Assembly: GCA_002392965.1 (NCBI GenBank)
Contig: DGIA01000010.1
Location: forward strand, 65,722-129,721
Length of the DNA: 64,000 nucleotides
Direction: 5' to 3'
DNA from: Bacteroidales bacterium UBA3834
GTDB taxonomy: Bacteria > Bacteroidota > Bacteroidia > Bacteroidales > P3
A program made the translations under genes and the position numbers. The notes under the pieces are model-generated. The model saw nothing but the letters and a program-made list of their open reading frames with translations, searched no databases and had not been told where the DNA came from. Positions 10,274 to 18,671 of the stretch are shown piece by piece. Each line of letters starts with the position of its first letter. Positions within the stretch are counted from its first letter, which is position 1.

Positions 10274-12359
10274 CGCGGTGTATCTTCACATTGTATTTTG
10301 CCTTTAATTGCTCGTTCAGGCGTTTCTCCAGTTCGTTCTGGTATCCGTTGAGGTAGTAGCCTCGTGCCGAACGGAGGTCTTTCAGCGAGCGTGGCAGGAT
10401 TTCCTCCACAGCCACTATGCGGTAGCCTTTCTGCTGGGGCTGGATGTAGGTGCCTTCTTGCCATTGGTTGGCCTCAAGCAGTTTCTGTCGGGTTTGCTCC
10501 ACCAAATCCACGCTGACCTCCACCAAGTCGTCCGACGGATACTTCTTGCGGTTGATATTCTTCATCAGCAAGGCTTTCATTTCGCTGCTCCCTTTGCTTT
10601 TCAAACGGGCTTTTTCAACCACTTGCCGGGCTTTTTCAGCTGCGAGGGCATCGCTGTTGGCCACGGAGAGCATGGTCACCCTTGCCCTTGGATGGAAGAA
10701 ATAGATGGAGTCGTCGGGATTGTTTAGGTTCTTGGTACGGCTTTCGCGGTTGTAGAACTGGACGAAGCCTGCTGTGTCGCGTAGGGCGGCACTCCAGATC
10801 ATGCGGTCGTTATAGTTGAATATCATCAGGCCGCGGCGGTATTCGTTGACAAGTTCCGCGAATTCCTCGTTTTCATTTTCCAGTTGGCTGTCGGCATAGT
10901 CGATGGAGACGCTGTCGAGAAACTCTGTGTATTTGCCTCGCACATAGTAATCGATTGCCACCACATTGATCCTTTTTTGGTTCTTCTTTATGTAGTGGGC
11001 CACGTCGAGTGCCGTGTAGCGTTTGGCGGGGGTGATGACCAGGGGCGTGGTGTCCTTGAAGATGGAGTCTTTGAAGCGCCACTGTCCCGTAATCACAGAG
11101 TCGGACACGTGGGCAATCAGATAGTCGAGCGTGGCCATCATTTTCACGGGCTCGGCGCTGGCTTTTTTCTTGCCTTTCTTGGCTTTGGTGGCTTTCGGCT
11201 GTTCCACGGGAGTCGTTGTGCAATCCACAATGCCGTATTTGCGGCGGCAGTCGGCGGCGAAGGTGGTGCGGGAGGCGGTGCCACGCTGATCGCGGGTCAT
11301 CTTCTGCTTGTAGTAGCCTTCCAGGTTCTTGAGTGGCGGCAGGGTGTCGCGCTTGATGAGTTTCACAATGTGCCAGCCGTACTGGGTGAAGAAAGGTTTG
11401 GAGAACTCTCCCTCCTTCATGTTGACGATGGCATGGATGTATTCCGGCGGCAGCTGTGTCAAGGTGGCGTTGGCCAGTACACCGCCCTCCTCGGCCGTGG
11501 TGCGGTCGTCGCTCTGCCGTGCAAGGCGCTCGAAACTTACGCCGTTTTGCAACTGCTGGTAGATCTTGTTGATGTCAAGTGCTCTCTCGTTGGAGTCTTT
11601 GCTGTGAAGCCAGATGTGGGCCATGGTGACCTCCCCGTAGAGTCCCTCCACGCGGTCAAGCAGTTTGATGAGGTGATAGCCGTATTGTGTTCTGACCGGC
11701 ATGCTCACTTCTCCTACCTTGAGGGCATAGGCTGCGTTCTCGAACGGATAGACCATGTTGAATACCGAGAAATACCCCAGATCGCCCTCCTCGGGACGCG
11801 AAGGGGCCTGCGGGTTGAAGCGGTGCAGTACTTCGGACGTGACTGCATGAAAGTCTTCTCCATCCTCAACGATGCGTTTGCGTAGCGCCATGATGTAGTT
11901 GTAGGCGCGAAGGGTGTCGTCGGGCGTGGCGTCTTTCTGCACCGGTATCAGCAGATGGGCGGCACGGAGTGAGGTGTGGTTGCGCTCGTAGGCTTCGGCC
12001 AGTAGGCGCTCCATGACGGTTGAGTCGGTCAGGTAGGGCGCTGCCAGTTCCTTGCGGTATTGGCTCAGCTCCTTCCTCAGGCGGGCCATGGTGTCGAAAC
12101 CCTGAGCCAGCGCGTCGCGTTCTTTGGCGCGGAAGAGGGCGTAGAGCTCGGCGTATTCCTCGAGGGCAAGGCGTTTCTCGGTTTCGGTGACGCCTTTCTT
12201 CTCTGCCAGTTGGTTGCCTACGTTGGCGTTGAATTCCTTCATGAATTCCGATTGGCGGATTTTTTGTCCATCCACTTCAATCACGATAGGGTCGTTTTGT
12301 GCCTGTAGTGAAAGGGAGGAGAGCGCAGCAACGGTTAATATGAGAATGATTTTTTTCAT
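10248..12359 (-). CDS. PpiD/SurA-like parvulin peptidyl-prolyl isomerase (two parvulin-like domains)
   Basis: Signal peptide MKKIILILTVAALSSLSLQAQ. Parvulin signatures YGYHLIKL and YGWHIVKL. Start set at ATG 12359. Confidence 0.8.
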   Translation of the reverse strand: MKKIILILTVAALSSLSLQAQNDPIVIEVDGQKIRQSEFMKEFNANVGNQLAEKKGVTETEKRLALEEYAELYALFRAKERDALAQGFDTMARLRKELSQYRKELAAPYLTDSTVMERLLAEAYERNHTSLRAAHLLIPVQKDATPDDTLRAYNYIMALRKRIVEDGEDFHAVTSEVLHRFNPQAPSRPEEGDLGYFSVFNMVYPFENAAYALKVGEVSMPVRTQYGYHLIKLLDRVEGLYGEVTMAHIWLHSKDSNERALDINKIYQQLQNGVSFERLARQSDDRTTAEEGGVLANATLTQLPPEYIHAIVNMKEGEFSKPFFTQYGWHIVKLIKRDTLPPLKNLEGYYKQKMTRDQRGTASRTTFAADCRRKYGIVDCTTTPVEQPKATKAKKGKKKASAEPVKMMATLDYLIAHVSDSVITGQWRFKDSIFKDTTPLVITPAKRYTALDVAHYIKKNQKRINVVAIDYYVRGKYTEFLDSVSIDYADSQLENENEEFAELVNEYRRGLMIFNYNDRMIWSAALRDTAGFVQFYNRESRTKNLNNPDDSIYFFHPRARVTMLSVANSDALAAEKARQVVEKARLKSKGSSEMKALLMKNINRKKYPSDDLVEVSVDLVEQTRQKLLEANQWQEGTYIQPQQKGYRIVAVEEILPRSLKDLRSARGYYLNGYQNELEKRLNEQLKAKYNVKIHRDVLRTISY

Positions 12360-12392
12360 TGTTGGTCTTGACTGGAGTTTCAACTATCTTTT

Positions 12393-13865
12393 TTAACGCG
12401 AGTAGTTAGGTGCTTCGCGGGTGATGGCTATGTCGTGCGGATGGCTCTCGGTGCGGCCGGCGTCGGTGATGCGGATGAACTTGGCTTTCTGCAGGTCTGT
12501 GATGGTGCGGCTGCCGGTGTAGCCCATGCCGGCTTTGAGGCCGCCGACCAGCTGGTAGAGGATTTCGCTGAGAGTGCCTTTATAGGGTACACGTCCCACC
12601 ACGCCTTCGGGTACGAGTTTCTTGGCGTCGGTTTCCTTGTCCTGGAAGTAGCGGTCCTTGCTACCCGCCTGCATGGCCTCGAGGGAACCCATGCCGCGGT
12701 AGCTTTTGAACTTGCGGCCTTCATAGATGATGGTTTCTCCGGGAGCCTCGTCGGTGCCGGCCACCAGTGAGCCCACCATGACGGTGCTGGCACCTGCAGC
12801 CAGGGCTTTGACCACATCGCCGCTGTAGCGGATGCCGCCGTCGGCGATGACGGGCACGTCGAATCCTTTCTGCTTCAGGGCGCCGCACACCTCGCAGATG
12901 GCAGTGAGCTGCGGTACGCCTATGCCGGCGATGATGCGGGTGGAGCAGATGCTTCCGGGACCGATACCCACTTTAATGGCGTCGGCGCCGGCTTCCGCCA
13001 GCATCAACGCCGCCTCGCCGGTGGCGATGTTGCCCACCACCACGTCGATGTCGGGATATTTGGCTTTGACAGATTTGAGCGCTTTGACCACGTTGGCGCT
13101 GTGTCCGTGGGCGGTGTCGATGACGATGGCGTCGGCGCCGGCCTTCACCAAGGCATCTACACGGTCCATCATGTCGGGCGTGATGCCCACGCCGGCGGCC
13201 ACGCGGAGCCGGCCGTTGCTGTCTTTGCAGGCCATTGGGCGCTCCTTAGTCTTCATGATGTCGCGATAGGTGATCAGACCCATGAACTGGCCTTTCTCGT
13301 TCACCACTGGAAGTTTCTCGATTTTGTGCTGTTGCAGTATGTCGGTGGCTTCGGCGAAAGTGGTGCCTTCGTGGGTGGTGATCAGTTTGGTGATCATGAT
13401 TTCACTCAGGGGGCGCTCCATGTCGCGCTCAAAGCGCAGGTCGCGGTTGGTCACCATGCCGATCAGCATCCGGTTCTCATCAACGATAGGGATGCCGCCG
13501 ATGCCGTATTCCTCCATCAGGTGCAGGGCGTCCTTCACCTTGGCGTCCTTGTTGAGGGTCACCGGGTCGATAATCATGCCGTTCTCGGCACGTTTCACTT
13601 TGCGCACTTCGTTGGCTTGCCGCTCGATGCTCATGTTCTTATGCAGCACGCCGATGCCGCCTTCCTGAGCCATGCCGATGGCCATTGCGGCTTCGGTCAC
13701 GGTGTCCATGGCGGCGCTTACAAGCGGGGTGTTGAGTGTGATGCGTCTGGAAAAACGCGACGCAACGGTGACTTCGCGGGGAATCACCTCGGAATAAGCG
13801 GGGACGAGCAGAACGTCGTCGTAAGTAAGGCCTTCGCCAATGAATTTAGTGGTGTCTGTAAACAT
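12393..13865 (-). CDS. guaB: IMP dehydrogenase
   Basis: Catalytic loop [11 protein letters not shown], tandem CBS insert and GGIRYSGD. About 490 aa. Start set at ATG 13865. Confidence 0.96.
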   Translation of the reverse strand: MFTDTTKFIGEGLTYDDVLLVPAYSEVIPREVTVASRFSRRITLNTPLVSAAMDTVTEAAMAIGMAQEGGIGVLHKNMSIERQANEVRKVKRAENGMIIDPVTLNKDAKVKDALHLMEEYGIGGIPIVDENRMLIGMVTNRDLRFERDMERPLSEIMITKLITTHEGTTFAEATDILQQHKIEKLPVVNEKGQFMGLITYRDIMKTKERPMACKDSNGRLRVAAGVGITPDMMDRVDALVKAGADAIVIDTAHGHSANVVKALKSVKAKYPDIDVVVGNIATGEAALMLAEAGADAIKVGIGPGSICSTRIIAGIGVPQLTAICEVCGALKQKGFDVPVIADGGIRYSGDVVKALAAGASTVMVGSLVAGTDEAPGETIIYEGRKFKSYRGMGSLEAMQAGSKDRYFQDKETDAKKLVPEGVVGRVPYKGTLSEILYQLVGGLKAGMGYTGSRTITDLQKAKFIRITDAGRTESHPHDIAITREAPNYSR

Positions 13866-13899
13866 ATTGCGCAATAATTTTATTATCTAAAATAAAATG

Positions 13900-13907
13900 C
13901 AAAAATA
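13900..13907 (-). promoter_or_regulatory. -7 box (TATTTTTG on the minus strand) upstream of guaB
   Basis: Exact consensus match 34 nt upstream of ATG 13865. Confidence 0.55.
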
Positions 13908-14030
13908 TACCTTTTTTCGGAAATGGCAAAATAAAAATGTGATTCGGTTGGTAACATGTTGATTATGACGATGGTTTTTTGTGGTGTCGTGGTGACAAGC
14001 CACCTGCTCCGTGTCATCTTCGTTACGGAA

Positions 14031-14066
14031 CCGTCTCACCTCCGTCAATCGACGGAGGTGAGACGG
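14031..14066. repeat. Perfect 16-bp inverted repeat (hairpin) at the edge of a tandem array
   Basis: CCGTCTCACCTCCGTC-AATC-GACGGAGGTGAGACGG. The right arm is the first unit of the array at 14051-14113. Confidence 0.9.
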
Positions 14067-14113
14067 AGTTAAGACGGAGGTGAGACGGAGGTGAGACGGA
14101 GTTGATGCGGAGG
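14051..14113. repeat. Tandem array, 11-bp period (GACGGAGGTGA / GACGGAGTTAA), about 5.5 units
   Basis: Read directly from the sequence. Lies between guaB and the 3' end of the GH2 gene. Confidence 0.9.
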
Positions 14114-14149
14114 AACTGCTTTGTTTGAATCGGGGAGAGGAACGATGTA

Positions 14150-16279
14150 TTATTGTCGGCGGGTGTGGCGAAGCATCACTTCGTTGAGGGTTCGGATGGT
14201 TATGCTTACACGGCTTATGTCGGCATTGGGGTCGGTGGGAACGAGGGTGGTGGTGATGCTTTCTCCGGCTTTGAGATCGAAGAAGTTGTGTGTGAAATGG
14301 CCGTCGATGTGAGGGTCGGTGTCGATATAGACGTCATAGAGGTCGCTCTCGGCCTTGATGGTTACCACGAGGCTGCCGTCGCTCTGCCAAGCCTGGCTGA
14401 TGTTGTACCTGGCTTCGGGGTAGGTGCGGTCCTTGGGGAGGATGCTGTAGTATTGCTCCCATTTCTTGAGGTCAACATTGTCGGCATAGAGGGCCTGCGC
14501 TCGGTAGTGGAGGGCCTTCCAGTTGCCGTAGTAGTCGATGGAGGACCAGGAGGCCACCGGCCAGCAGTCGTTGAGCTGCCAGTAGAGGGTGCCCATGCAA
14601 CGGGACGGCGTGTCGCCGCTGACAACAAATTGCTTGATGTGCTGGAAGATGCCGTAGCCGACGCCCCAGGCCTGCAGCAGCTGGCTGACGTAGCAATAGT
14701 CTTCGAGGTCAAGGGTCTTGCTGTCGAAGCCGTAGTAGCGCAGCATGGCCTTGTCTATTATCTCGCGGCCGCGGCCGTGCTTCTGGTGGTTTCTTAATGT
14801 GGGTGAGTCGATGCTGAGCTGGTCGTCGGGGCAGAAGCGGCGGATGGTGGTGATAAGCGGGTAGCTCTGGAAGCCATATTCGGACATGAAGCGGCCGGTC
14901 TTCTCGGCATATTTTTCAAAGGGCTCCTCTCCCCACCAGACGCCCCAGTAGTGGCTGTCGCCGTGGGTGACGCACTCGGGGTGGCCCCAGCCGTAGAGCG
15001 GCGAGGTGGTGATGTAGGGGCGCTGCAGCGGGTCGCAATCTCGGACGGCTTGTGCCAGAATGCTGGTTGTGCTGGTGTTGCAGGAAGTGCAGGAATAGCC
15101 GAAGATGGTGTCCATGGCTTTCTCCAGGCGGGTGCGTTGCTCGGGAGTCCAGTTGAATTGGCCCTGCCAGCCCCAGTCTTCCCAGCCGTTCTTCACCTCG
15201 TTGTTGCCGCACCAGAGGACGACGCAGGGATGCTTGGCGATGCGGCTTATCTGCTGGCGTGCCTCTTCGCGGATGCTCTGCAGCATATCAGGACTGTCGG
15301 GGTAGGGAGTTCCTGCGAAGATGAAGTCCTGCCACACCATGAGGCCCAGCGAGTCGCAGAGGTCGTAGAAGTAATCGTGCTCGTAGATGCCGCCGCCCCA
15401 CACGCGCAGCATGTTGAATCCCGCCTCCTTGGCGGAGACGAGCAGGTGGCGGTAGCGGGCGCGGTTGGCGCTGTCGAGGACGGGGAAGCTGTGCACCGGT
15501 ATCCAGTTGGCTCCCTTGACGAAGATGGGCTTGCCGTCTTTGTAGAAAGTGAAGCTCTGGCCGATGGAGTCTTGCTCTTGGCGTAATTCGACTTTGGATA
15601 TAGTATTTATAGTGTCTATAGTGTCTATAGTGGGGCGATTGTTTGTGATATACACCGGTTTCCAGATGCCGCATGTGGTCAGTTTGGGACCCCAGTCCCA
15701 GCCCTGCTGGTAGGGTGCTATACGGGTAAAGGCACGTCGTTCGGGGAGGGTGATGCCGTATTCCGCCTCGCGAACAGAGTCGTCCAAGGGCTCGAATATT
15801 ATCATTATTGGCACAGAATCCTTGTAGACAAACTGCTTCTTCATCTGTTTTGCACCAGGCAACGGAATCTCATACCGGCGGAACATATTGTCCATTGTTT
15901 CAATGTTTGATGGAACAATTATCGTGCCGCTCATAGTGTCTTCAGGGTATGGATTGCCAATCCAGAGACTTGCCTTTCCGGCTATACCTTCAAACACAAG
16001 CCAGAGGGTGTCACCCTTCGGTAGTTTGTTGTATCGGAGATGGGTGCGGTATACCCACACGCTGTCGCCTACCCAGCGCACCGAGTCCTCGTTGGTTCCA
16101 TAGTAGGGGTCCGATATAAGGCCGTTGGCCATCAGGTCGGTGTGGATGAATCCCGGCACCGTGGCGGGGTACTCCTGCCCGTTGTATTCAAACTGCCAGT
16201 CGGTCAGTTCCAACTTGTCGGGCTTTGTCGTGCATGCCGCCAGCAGCAGCGGCAGGAGAAGGATGGATAGGCGTTTCAT
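14150..16279 (-). CDS. Glycoside hydrolase family 2, beta-mannosidase-like lipoprotein
   Basis: Lipobox LLAAC. The GH2 acid/base block VVLWCGNNE and the nucleophile block MSEYGFQS are both intact. Confidence 0.8.
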   Translation of the reverse strand: MKRLSILLLPLLLAACTTKPDKLELTDWQFEYNGQEYPATVPGFIHTDLMANGLISDPYYGTNEDSVRWVGDSVWVYRTHLRYNKLPKGDTLWLVFEGIAGKASLWIGNPYPEDTMSGTIIVPSNIETMDNMFRRYEIPLPGAKQMKKQFVYKDSVPIMIIFEPLDDSVREAEYGITLPERRAFTRIAPYQQGWDWGPKLTTCGIWKPVYITNNRPTIDTIDTINTISKVELRQEQDSIGQSFTFYKDGKPIFVKGANWIPVHSFPVLDSANRARYRHLLVSAKEAGFNMLRVWGGGIYEHDYFYDLCDSLGLMVWQDFIFAGTPYPDSPDMLQSIREEARQQISRIAKHPCVVLWCGNNEVKNGWEDWGWQGQFNWTPEQRTRLEKAMDTIFGYSCTSCNTSTTSILAQAVRDCDPLQRPYITTSPLYGWGHPECVTHGDSHYWGVWWGEEPFEKYAEKTGRFMSEYGFQSYPLITTIRRFCPDDQLSIDSPTLRNHQKHGRGREIIDKAMLRYYGFDSKTLDLEDYCYVSQLLQAWGVGYGIFQHIKQFVVSGDTPSRCMGTLYWQLNDCWPVASWSSIDYYGNWKALHYRAQALYADNVDLKKWEQYYSILPKDRTYPEARYNISQAWQSDGSLVVTIKAESDLYDVYIDTDPHIDGHFTHNFFDLKAGESITTTLVPTDPNADISRVSITIRTLNEVMLRHTRRQ

Positions 16280-16283
16280 TTGT

Positions 16284-16313
16284 CTTAACTACTGTCTCCT
16301 TAACTACTGTCAC
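16284..16313. repeat. CTTAACTACT-family repeat, two 15-bp units (CTTAACTACTGTCTC / CTTAACTACTGTCAC)
   Basis: Fills the whole gap between the DMT gene stop and the GH2 gene start. Confidence 0.9.
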
Positions 16314-16687
16314 TTTGTTTTCCAGAAAGCAAATACCACGGCCAGCAGGATGAAGACGAAACTGACGAGGTGGTTCCAGCGGATGGGCTCGCTCTTGAAG
16401 ACGGTGGCCACGATGACGGTGAAGACGGTCAGGGAGACGCACTCGGCCAGAATCTTGAGTTGCATCAGCGAGAAGGGGCCGCCGTTGATCTGGCTGCCGA
16501 TGCGGTTGGCAGGAATCATAAAGCTGTACTCGAAGAAGGCCACGCCCCACGAGGTGAGGATGATGAGTATCAGCGGCCAGCTGGTGTTGATTTTCAGCTC
16601 GGTGAGCTTGAGGTTGCCGTACCAGGCAAAGGTCATGAAGACGTTGCTGACGATGAGCAGCAATATCGTGATTAATCCCTTAGGCAT
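16310..16687 (-). CDS. Small DMT-superfamily membrane protein (DUF486-like)
   Basis: 125 aa with four predicted TM helices. The sequence resembles the DUF486/DMT half-transporter family (from memory). Confidence 0.7.
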   Translation of the reverse strand: MPKGLITILLLIVSNVFMTFAWYGNLKLTELKINTSWPLILIILTSWGVAFFEYSFMIPANRIGSQINGGPFSLMQLKILAECVSLTVFTVIVATVFKSEPIRWNHLVSFVFILLAVVFAFWKTK

Positions 16688-16725
16688 TGTCTTAACTACT
16701 TAACTACTGACTACTTAACTACTAA
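16688..16725. repeat. CTTAACTACT-family repeat (TGTCTTAACTACTTAACTACTGACTACTTAACTACTAA)
   Basis: Lies between the cinA stop (which it overlaps) and the DMT gene start. Positions 16699-16725 are the inverted partner of 17935-17961. Confidence 0.9.
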
Positions 16726-17931
16726 ATGCATCAGCATTGCAAAGGCTTGGTTGGTGCTGCGGTCGATGTTCTGCTGTCGGCGGTTGGCGCCGAACTGCAG
16801 CAGTTTGGCCTCGGTGTGTGTGGCGTCGGCGACGGCAATCCACACGGTGCCTACAGGCTTCTCGGGAGTGCCGCCGTCGGGGCCGGCGATGCCGGTGGTG
16901 GCGATGGCCAGGTCGGCGCCGAGGCGCTGGCGCACACCTTCCGCCATCTCGCGGACGGTCGCCTCGCTCACGGCTCCGTGGGCCTCCAGGGTGCTGTGCT
17001 TCACGCCGAGGGTGCTTTCCTTCACCTCGTTGCTGTAGGCGACGATGCCGCCTTTGAAGTAGGCCGAAGCGCCGGCTTGGGCGGTGAGCAGACGGGCGAT
17101 GTTGCCGCCAGTGCAGCTCTCGGCGGTGGCCAGCGTGAGGCCGCGTCCGATGAGGGTCTTGTGCACCAGCTCGTCGAGGGTCTCGCAGTCTTCGCCCACG
17201 ATGTATTTGCCGGCCAGGTCGTACAGCCCTTTGAGGATTGCGGGGTCGTAGCCGCCGTGCACGGTGAGGCGCAGCTTGGTGAGGCCGGCCACGGGCAGGT
17301 AGGCCAGCTTGATGTTCTTGGGCAGGGAGAGTTCCCAAGGCTCGATGAGGTCGGAGAGGAAGCTCTCGCCGATGCCTTGCACGAGGATGTTCTTGGTAAT
17401 GATGATGTCGGTATGGAAGGTCTCCTGCAGCTTGGGCAGCACGCGGTTGCGCATGAGCCACTCCATCTCGAAGGGCACTCCGGGCAGCGAGACGAGCGCT
17501 TTACCCTCGCGGGCAAACCACATGCAGGGGGCGGTGCCGAGGTCGTTGTTGAGTACCTCGCAGCACTTAGGCACCAATGCTTGTGCACGGTTGACGGGCG
17601 TGAGCTCATAGCCACGGCTCTCGAAGATGCGCTTCACGTTGTCCAGCGCCACCTGGCTTTCCACCAGCTCGCTGTCGAAGTATTCGCACAGCAGCTTCTT
17701 GGTGATGTCGTCCTTGGTGGGGCCGAGGCCGCCGGTGACCAGCACGGCGTCGCTGTCGCGCAACGCCTCATCGACAGCCACCCAGATGTCGTTATAGACG
17801 TCGCCCACCACGAGGGTTTTGCAGACGTCCATGCCCGCTGCGGTGAGCATTCGGCTCATCGTCGAGGCGTTGGTGTTGACGACCTGCCCGATGAGCAGTT
17901 CGTCGCCTATGTTGATGATGGTGATGTTCAT
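16711..17931 (-). CDS. cinA: CinA-family competence/damage-inducible protein (MoCF-binding plus NMN deamidase PncC-like domains)
   Basis: N-terminal IGDELLIGQVVNTNA and VLVTGGLGPTKDD. C-terminal LATAESCTGG...GVAY... The 406-aa size is typical. Confidence 0.9.
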   Translation of the reverse strand: MNITIINIGDELLIGQVVNTNASTMSRMLTAAGMDVCKTLVVGDVYNDIWVAVDEALRDSDAVLVTGGLGPTKDDITKKLLCEYFDSELVESQVALDNVKRIFESRGYELTPVNRAQALVPKCCEVLNNDLGTAPCMWFAREGKALVSLPGVPFEMEWLMRNRVLPKLQETFHTDIIITKNILVQGIGESFLSDLIEPWELSLPKNIKLAYLPVAGLTKLRLTVHGGYDPAILKGLYDLAGKYIVGEDCETLDELVHKTLIGRGLTLATAESCTGGNIARLLTAQAGASAYFKGGIVAYSNEVKESTLGVKHSTLEAHGAVSEATVREMAEGVRQRLGADLAIATTGIAGPDGGTPEKPVGTVWIAVADATHTEAKLLQFGANRRQQNIDRSTNQAFAMLMHLVVK

Positions 17932-17934
17932 TTT

Positions 17935-17964
17935 TTAGTGGTTAAGTAGTCAGTAGTTAAGACG
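17935..17964. repeat. CTTAACTACT-family repeat, inverted orientation (TTAGTGGTTAAGTAGTCAGTAGTTAAGACG)
   Basis: Begins 4 nt upstream of the cinA ATG. 26 of 27 nt are complementary to 16699-16725. Confidence 0.9.
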
Positions 17965-17991
17965 ATACCGCAGGAGCGGGAACCGTCTCGG

Positions 17992-18522
17992 CTACCGTTT
18001 TTCCATTGTCGGTTTTCTGTCGTATTCTTCGTAAGCGTAGTCAAGTCCACTCTCTTCGTCCTGCATCGGCTCGCTGAGTTTCACCAATGTGAATTCCGAC
18101 ATATCGATGGTTGGGAAATAGACGTCGGCTTCGTAGTCGCGGTAAACGCGTGTGATATAGAGCCGGTTGGTGAACGGCAGCAGGGCTTTGTAGATGGCGG
18201 CGCCGCCCATCACGAAGACTTCGTCGTCGTAGTCTTTCAGGACGTTGAACAGCTGGTTCACGCTGTGCGCCACCGTGGCTCCAGGGGCTTCGAAGTCGGG
18301 GTTGTTGGTCATCACGATGTTCTGGCGTCCGGGCAGGGGCTTCTTGGGAAGGCTGTCCCATGTGCGGCGCCCCATGACCACAGGATGGCCGGTGGTGAGT
18401 TGCTTGAAACGCTTGAGGTCGCCGCTGAGGTGCCAGAGCAGGTCGTTGTCTTTGCCTATGGCGCCATTCTGCGCGATGGCCACTATGATGCTAAGCATGG
18501 GTTTCTTGTTTATGTTGATCAT
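17992..18522 (-). CDS. folA: Dihydrofolate reductase
   Basis: LSIIVAIAQNGAIGKDNDLLW, VVMGRRTWDSLP and VMGGAAIY motifs. The start could instead be the internal Met at 18498. Confidence 0.93.
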   Translation of the reverse strand: MININKKPMLSIIVAIAQNGAIGKDNDLLWHLSGDLKRFKQLTTGHPVVMGRRTWDSLPKKPLPGRQNIVMTNNPDFEAPGATVAHSVNQLFNVLKDYDDEVFVMGGAAIYKALLPFTNRLYITRVYRDYEADVYFPTIDMSEFTLVKLSEPMQDEESGLDYAYEEYDRKPTMEKR

Positions 18523-18537
18523 ATTTTTCTTTTTTGG

Positions 18538-18593
18538 GAGTTAAAGAAGTTAAAGGAAGTTATCGCGCTTCGCGCTAGAAGTTAAAGACAATA
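18538..18593. repeat. About 54-bp dispersed element: GTTAAAGAA repeats flanking a GC hairpin (ATCGCGCTTCGCGCTA)
   Basis: GAGTTAAAGAAGTTAAAGGAAGTTATCGCGCTTCGCGCTAGAAGTTAAAGACAAT. A near-identical copy lies at 62907-62960. Confidence 0.9.
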
Positions 18594-18625
18594 CTTTCTG
18601 TAGGCAAAATTGCGAAATGAACATT

Positions 18626-18669
18626 TGTCTTTAACTTCTTTAACTTCTCTAACTTCTTTAACTTCTCTG
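18626..18669. repeat. Tandem array, 9-bp period (AACTTCTTT / AACTTCTCT), inverted relative to 18538-18593
   Basis: TGTCTTTAACTTCT (18626-18639) is the exact reverse complement of AGAAGTTAAAGACA in the element to its left. Confidence 0.9.
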
Positions 18670-18671
18670 AT

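Noticed and set aside
13956-14072. 38-codon ORF (MLIMTMVFCGVVVTSHLLRVIFV...) with a hydrophobic N-terminus, upstream of the hairpin and array.
   Set aside because: No promoter box was found. The ORF ends inside the repeat array and overlaps the hairpin, so it is probably fortuitous. It cannot be excluded without ribosome profiling.
16726-17949. 407-aa plus-strand ORF covering the whole cinA locus. Similar long antisense ORFs occur at 36487-37791, 40093-41370, 42382-43779, 49923-51023, 10884-11885 and 13101-13877.
   Set aside because: These are shadow ORFs on the strand opposite well-supported genes in GC-rich DNA. Their translations are low-complexity (rich in G/A/V/H/R/L) with no motifs, signal peptides or promoters.
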